Below, piece by piece: positions 51,601-62,198 of a stretch of 62,198 nt of DNA (the stretch's first letter is position 1; each line of letters begins with the position of its first letter). Below the pieces are notes generated by a model, which saw only the letters and a list, made by a program, of their open reading frames with translations, had not been told where the DNA came from and made no database searches. Position numbers and translations under genes: made by a program. Source of the stretch: Tubiluchus corallicola (Eukaryota; Animalia; Priapulida). The stretch lies in contig JAQGDQ010001107.1 in assembly GCA_030141605.1 (NCBI GenBank), forward strand, positions 1 through 62,198, read 5' to 3'.

Positions 51601-52972
51601 GAAGGCAAAATCTTCACAGTTCTAACCCAGCACTAATTTCAGCATATCAATGACATAATGCTGTGGTTGTAAAACAAATCTTGTATATAGTCAAACTTTT
51701 TTATATCACCTGTGATGGTCTCTCCATCTAGCAGATGTTTGCTCTGTAATTTGATATGTATCATGCGCTCTTACATAACGGTGTGATATGTTTGTCAAGT
51801 TAATGTCATGTGTTCTTATAGAACAGTATGATATACTTGACTTGTGAAGTTAATGTCATGTATTATTACAGAACAGTATGATATGTTTGTGAAGTTAATG
51901 TCATGTGTTCTTATAGAACAGTATGATACACATGTGAAGTTAATGTCATGTGTTATTACAGAACAGTATGATACACATGTGAAGTTAATGTCATGTGTTA
52001 TTACAGAACAGTATGATACACGTGTGAAGTTAATGTCATGTGTTATTACAGAACAGTATGATACACGTGTGAAGTTAATGTCATGTGTTATTACAGAACA
52101 GTATGACATGTTTGTGAAGTTAATGTCATGTGTTCTTATAGAACAGTATGATATACTTGACTTGTGAAGTTAATGTCATGTATTATTACAGAACAGTATG
52201 ACATGTTTGTGAAGTTAATGTCATGTGTTCTTATAGAACAGTATGATATACTTGACTTGTGAAGTTAATGTCATGTGTTCTTATAGAACAGTATGATATA
52301 CTTGACTTGTGAAGTTAATGTCATGTATTATTACAGAACAGTATGATATGTTTGTGAAGTTAATGTCGTGTATTATTACAGAACAGTATGATACACTTGT
52401 GAAATTAATGTCATGTATTATTACAGAACAGTATGACATGTTTGTGAAGTTCAGCCATGATCAGATAATGAGGCGTTTTGCAGACTCTCAACCAAGTTGT
52501 AAGTGTTTTATATGTAGCTTATGTAACATATATCATTTCAATTATTTTGGACTTTTGGTCCTTGATGGCAGCCTGTAATTACAAGGTTAATTTCAGATTT
52601 TAAATTTGTCCACCGTAGTTTTAAGCTGTAAAGGTTTTCTGTTTGACCATTGGTGTAAGTGTTGAATTTTCTGCCCAGTAAATTTGCCTTTGTAAGGGCA
52701 ATTTTTGATAGGGTTATCTTTTTCAGCATCTCTTTTTTGGACACTTTCTCTCTCTTTTTGTCTCACATGCTCTATTTCCCACTGTTCTTATCTTTGCCTC
52801 ACTCTCTTGTAAGAAATCTTTATGTTTCTGCACTGCTTAAAAGGAATTGTCGATTAGTCGAAAGCTTAAGCTTACATGTGTGTTATTAGATTAACACAAT
52901 TATCAATTGTTAGTCCTGGATAATTTAAAACTAAGTTTACAGAAAAGTTTCCTCTTTTCAGATGTTTCTTGA
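48669..52972 (+). CDS. AKIRIN: Akirin, 5 coding exons, 190 aa
   Basis: Exons 48669-48846, 49501-49724, 51340-51427, 52427-52498, 52962-52972; GT-AG and phase-consistent (573 nt). [67 protein letters not shown], terminal SYVS. Confidence 0.96.
49765..50276 (-). mobile_element. Second 3' fragment of the L2/CR1-group LINE, in Akirin intron 2
   Basis: Near-identical to 22400-22897. Confidence 0.88.
51446..51641. repeat. ~100-bp tandem duplication in Akirin intron 3
   Basis: TTCTAATAACTTG..CAGCACTAATTTC occurs twice. Confidence 0.85.
51784..52451 (+). repeat. 45/50-bp tandem array of the Akirin intron 3 acceptor plus exon 4 start, 14 copies
   Basis: Unit TAATGTCATGTRTT(A/C)TTAYAG|AACAGTATGA..GTGAAGT; AG ends at 51821, 51871, 51916, 51961, 52006, 52051, 52096, 52141, 52191, 52236, 52286, 52336, 52381, 52426. 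Confidence 0.95.
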
Positions 52973-53564
52973 GGTGTTAGGAGGTTGGAACTGTCGTCTG
53001 CATCCCGAAAGAACCAATATTATACGTGTAAACGGGCCATCATTTTCTTTAATTTTTTTATAAACTGCCGATCTTATTTGTTGCTTGCAGAACTAAGTAA
53101 ACTTAACTTGAACTGCTGTGCAGTCAAACAAGCGTTGTTATTTTTGTTCGTATTTGTACATAGATTAAAGTCGAGCCACGAGGGATGGCTTTTTGTTTTT
53201 GGGTGAGGCTAAATAGGAACTGTAGCACATTTCACTGTACAATATAACTTCACATTACACAAACACATCCTATATAACATATCGTACGTATTAATGTAGT
53301 TAGGATTTATGCAATTGCGTATGCATATTATATATTATAATTTTTCTCATTTGTTTTATCGTCATTATATGAGTGAAACAAAATCGATTTATGAACATAA
53401 TTGCAATGTAGACACCAACACGTGTAAAACAAGCACCAGCTGTTATAGTTCCTAGATCGAGAACTGGCTTGGCTTATTCTGCAGTTCAAATGCCGAGTCA
53501 ATTTTATGTTGCACTCTTGTGAGATGAAACGGTATCAGTTAATGGATTCAGTAAGTATGTAAAC

Positions 53565-54042
53565 CAGGGGTGTGCAAATTGCGGCCCGCCGAGAGAATTT
53601 GTGCGGCCCGCGAAGAGATTTGTCAACCTAATGAAAGTGCGGCCCGGGCGATTGAGTGTATCCAGCCGAAGTCCGTGCCACGATCCTAAAGATAGTGCCC
53701 GTAGTTTTTTCTACTAGATCGGATGCCATTAACCCTTACAAGACGGTTGTAGCTTAATGTCACTGTACTACACAGACTGTGTGATACACATTACTAATAT
53801 GCATTGTAATGAAATTACCACTATCTGTCCTGAAAGTAGAAATATATGGTTTGCAATATAAATTTGAATAACTTCTAAAATAGTTTCTTGAGTGTAGTAG
53901 TAATGATGTACGCAGGTCGGATGCAAAAAAATCATTATTAGGCCTTTCTGTACTTGGCTCCTTGATCAAACAGCCTGTGACCCGCAGGAATTTCGGGAAA
54001 GTTTAATGTGGCCCGGCTAATCAGATCATTTGCACACCCCTG
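53565..54042 (+). mobile_element. hAT (Charlie-like) MITE, complete, 478 bp
   Basis: TIR CAGGGGTGTGCAAA/TTTGCACACCCCTG, subterminal GCGGCCC motifs, 8-bp TSD ATGTAAAC. Confidence 0.93.
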
Positions 54043-57000
54043 ATGTAAACAGCAAAGCTTGTTCTTATACATTATGCTTGAAAAACAGTGTGTGCCAGAG
54101 TTAGCGGAGAATTTCACATTCTGACGTGGCCGCTTTTTTCATGATAGGCATTAGGTTACACGTGTCTTTAAGTGTTTATAACTAACACAAGTCTAGTAGT
54201 TATTTTCAATCTGCCAAAACAATTTTTCTTGTTTATTCAATGCAAATTTTTTTTGCTCATTTTCTTTTAACTGTCTTTGTACATTTTACTTTCATTTGTT
54301 GGATTTGCAAAGCCACTTCTTAAGCAATGCAATTAGCAATTTTATTTGTTACCAGGTACAAAAAAACGAGTTTATTTAGTTTAAATATTGATTAATAAAT
54401 ACATCTTAATACTTGACTACTTTTTTATTGTTGTTTATTGTTAATTTGTAGTTATGACTATTATATTTTTTACATTTAAATGTACAAATAACTTTCATTT
54501 ATATAAAGCGCATCAGTAGGATAAGAAATCTATTCCAAAACAAGACAGTTAATGACAAGAAACATTGGTGGTATTCCAACACAGGCCTTTAGTTCACAAA
54601 TGGTTAATGAAGTTGGAAATTTTTAGTGATACATGTATACAAACTACATTAAATTTACATGTGAAAAGAGATTTACAAAGTTAAATTATCTTTGAATTAT
54701 ATTATGCTGTACACAACATATTTTTAAGTACACATTTGTGTGAGCAAAATAATACTACAAAAAAATGATAAACCACTAAGAAAGATCTTCTAACAATTAA
54801 ACATCAGTCATGTGTTTAGACACGTGACTTAATGTTTAGACACGTGTTTAACGTTTAAACACAATGTTATACTTCACTAAAGATTATTTACATATACAAT
54901 ACTTGGGAATTAATAGCTTTGAAAGTAAAATTTCTTATAGTTATTTTGCATCAAGAAAGTCTTGTAAACTTAATTAGTAAATTAATCACCAGTTAATGAA
55001 CTAGTAAATTAATCGCCAGTTAATGAGATGATGTAAGAATGTGAAAGCTTAGCATTGAACCATCGTCTCCAATTAAAGTTTATGAAAATTTTATTTGTTG
55101 TGGGATCTTTAAACGGCAAGCAAACATTCGATAGTAAACAGAAATGTATAAAATGTTTCAAATGCATAAAAAATTTATACAATTTGTCAATGAACAATGC
55201 CCTGTGACTATGCAAACACATTTTACTGTAGAAGTTACACATTGACAAATACAGTTAGTATATATATATATTGTTATATGACATCACAAAGTATGTATGT
55301 ATCAACACAAATTAACTGTAACAATTTTATACAAAGACAATCAGAGAGGCAAGCATTCTGGTGGATTAACTTTAATGATATTCATAATATAAGTAAACTA
55401 GTAATACCATCGCTTATAAATAATGTTGTTGTTGTTTACTGTTGTACAACTGTGATTATATAAACAAATACATAACTACACAACTATGCCACAATCTGTG
55501 TTAAAGAGCTACATGTTATAGATGCTATAAACAGCTATAATACAAGCTGTTGCAGATTATATGAGTTACAAAACCAATAAAAAGATTTAGGAGGCAAATA
55601 TTTTAAATTGTATAATGGATATAATCATTAAACAAATTTACAAATTACCGAAGTCTTGGCACTTAAGTTAGTGGGTAAAAGTTTTGGTTAGAGTTTTGGT
55701 AAAATTTTTCTTAATACCAAAATGGGACTCAACATTCAACGCTTGTCAAAACAGACACTTAGTAGAAGCGCTAAAAAGCTTAAGTATGTTTAGATAAAAA
55801 CTAAAAATGGATTTGGGCCATGATTTGTATCACAATGTTAACAAAATAAGCGCAATATAGCAGTAGTAATTTTACTGAAGTACAGATAACGTTCGTTCAA
55901 ATTGCTGACTCAAATCATAATGGCCGAACGTTTGCAATTTCAAATGTCCCACTTCCGAGTATATTTTTTACACAATCAAAATGATTACAAGTTACTTTTA
56001 CTAAGAACGTCTACTGTATTGTACAAATATAAGCACGATTGATAAATGCAAATTTAATGATCGATGTCATTTTCCACTGAGTTCTATGCCGCTCTGTTTT
56101 TTTACTATATTATACTAGTAATTCCAATGCATCACACAACATGGACAAAACAAAATCATTACATTTACAATAGAAACCGCCTACAAAAAGTTTTGTAAAA
56201 ATAACCAACTATTTAAAAACAAAATAAAGCAAAAGCAGATAATTTTGCACTTAAAAAAGCCATTCTCTCTCTCTCTCTCTAATAAATGCACTATCTCAAA
56301 ATTTGCAAATATGATATAAAAGCAAAAAATTTGATAAAAGTTAGTAGTTATTTTACAGTGCTGTACAAATTTAAAATCTATTTTGCTGAAATTAAATGAT
56401 TTATTTAAAACAGTCAGCACTAGATCCTAGCAGTCTGCTGCACTGCTGTATATTAACTAATTCGGATTGAAAAAACATTCAAACAACAAAATTAAATTTC
56501 AAAGTTTTTTGCAGCACGACTTATCCAAATTAAAGTATTTTTATACAACGTGAGGTTAGATTATGAGCCAACTATTAAAAACCGCATCATTAAAGTACCA
56601 ACAACATATATCATCATTATGCCTGCATTATAAAATCAAAATAAAACTTGTAACAAGACAAAACCTCATCTTTGCAGACATCTGTTAAAACAAAAAAACA
56701 TTTAAATTTAAAAAAAATCTGCTGTTTTGCACATGCCTTTTGGTCAACGAAAAGCGAAAAATCCTCCTTTAAAAGTGAACCATCTTTTAAAAATTGGCAA
56801 AATTAATAAAATTAATGTACGTCACTGTGATTCTCTGTTAGGTAGCTGCACACGAACAGCTTAATCACCACAACCTGTAATACACACAACGTAATTTCTT
56901 TCTAAGACGTGAAAAACATAATTATAAGTGAAAGAAAACACTTCTGCTTATTAAAAATCAACATAAAATCGTTAAAATTTAAAAAGTTCTAGTCTAAGCA

Positions 57001-57316
57001 GGTGGAAGAGTAGAAAATTAAATACGTTTAGAATTTAACATTCTTACAGTACTACACACTATTATAGTTTAAACTTAACCTCACAAAGCAAAGAGTTAAA
57101 CAAAACCTGCACTCCAACACAGAACAGAACATGCTGAGTTTTCTGAATAGACAAAATTCAAGCATGTATGTAGATAGACAAGCAAGGATTATGAAATGTG
57201 TTGCAATCATTAAATCCTTACCTTTTAGGAGTACAACTATATACATTACATTAACTCTTACAAGATAATATACATATTGCATCGACAATTAAAGTAGATT
57301 TGCAAACATAGGCCTA

Positions 57317-57637
57317 ACACTGATAGATACATACAGGTCTATCGTCGTACATACACATATTCTTAGATCTGCAAACACAGATTTACACTGATAGATACAT
57401 ACAGGTCTATCATCATACATACACATATTCTTAGATCTGCAAACACAGATTTACACTGATAGATACATACAGGTCTATCGTCGTACATACACATATTCTT
57501 AGATCTGCAAACACAGATTTACACTGATAGATACATACAGGTCTATCATCATACATACACATATTCTTAGATCTGCAAACACAGATTTACAATGATAGAT
57601 ACATACAGGTCTATCATCATACATACGCATATTCTTT
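57317..57637. repeat. 68-bp minisatellite, ~5 copies, likely in the FAM76 3' UTR
   Basis: Direct reading; ~200 bp past the FAM76 stop. Confidence 0.9.
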
Positions 57638-57832
57638 ACATGCACATACATACGACAGGTGGACATAGAATAGCCATGTTGTACCTTTCAAATAAAGCTA
57701 ATGAGGTAAAAAGCTTTATCTATTATAAAAACAGAAAATGCAGCTTCTGAAATGGCACACCCTAGTGCCTGTTGCATGACTTCTGTTCAATAAACTGAAA
57801 TTGAATTTTCCTCTTTTTAAGGTACCTTACTA

Positions 57833-62024
<4,192 letters not shown>

Positions 62025-62198
62025 CTACAATAAAAAAAAATGTAATAAAAAGCAAAAGCAAATTTTAAAAATGGAAAAGAATTTAGGAAAAGAAAAAAGA
62101 AATGTACTGAAGAGCTAGTAAAGGAGACCAGATACATAAAAAATTCTTTATCTATAAATAACTTCAAAAGAAATTTCAAAAGTGAAATCTTTTCTAAT

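Noticed and set aside
51784-52451. Idea that the Akirin array is a newly gained intron excised via its internal GTATGA and AACAG
   Set aside because: The GT and AG share one G (CAGT, not AGGT), so excision would delete a base and shift the frame.

Overview
AT-rich, repeat-dense animal (invertebrate-like) nuclear DNA, not prokaryotic; most ORFs in the supplied track are translations of simple repeats. Five genes can be built by hand with consistent splice phases. They are an intronless syntaxin-1-like gene (+), RSPH3 (8 coding exons, -), mitochondrial ferredoxin FDX1 (4 exons, -), Akirin (5 coding exons, +, head-to-head with FDX1) and the 3' part of FAM76 (-). Around and inside them lie non-autonomous DNA transposons (piggyBac-, hAT-, Tc1/mariner- and Helitron-like), LINE 3' fragments, a 6.4-kb nested inverted duplication and many mini/microsatellites. 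The most unusual pattern is tandem arrays built from functional junctions. Akirin intron 3 holds 14 copies of its own 3' splice site plus exon start (3 in-frame, 11 leading to a premature stop). FDX1 intron 3 holds two extra copies of its exon end plus 5' splice site. A Tc1/mariner terminus (TA+TIR) is amplified about 26 times. All calls were made by eye; no searches were run.
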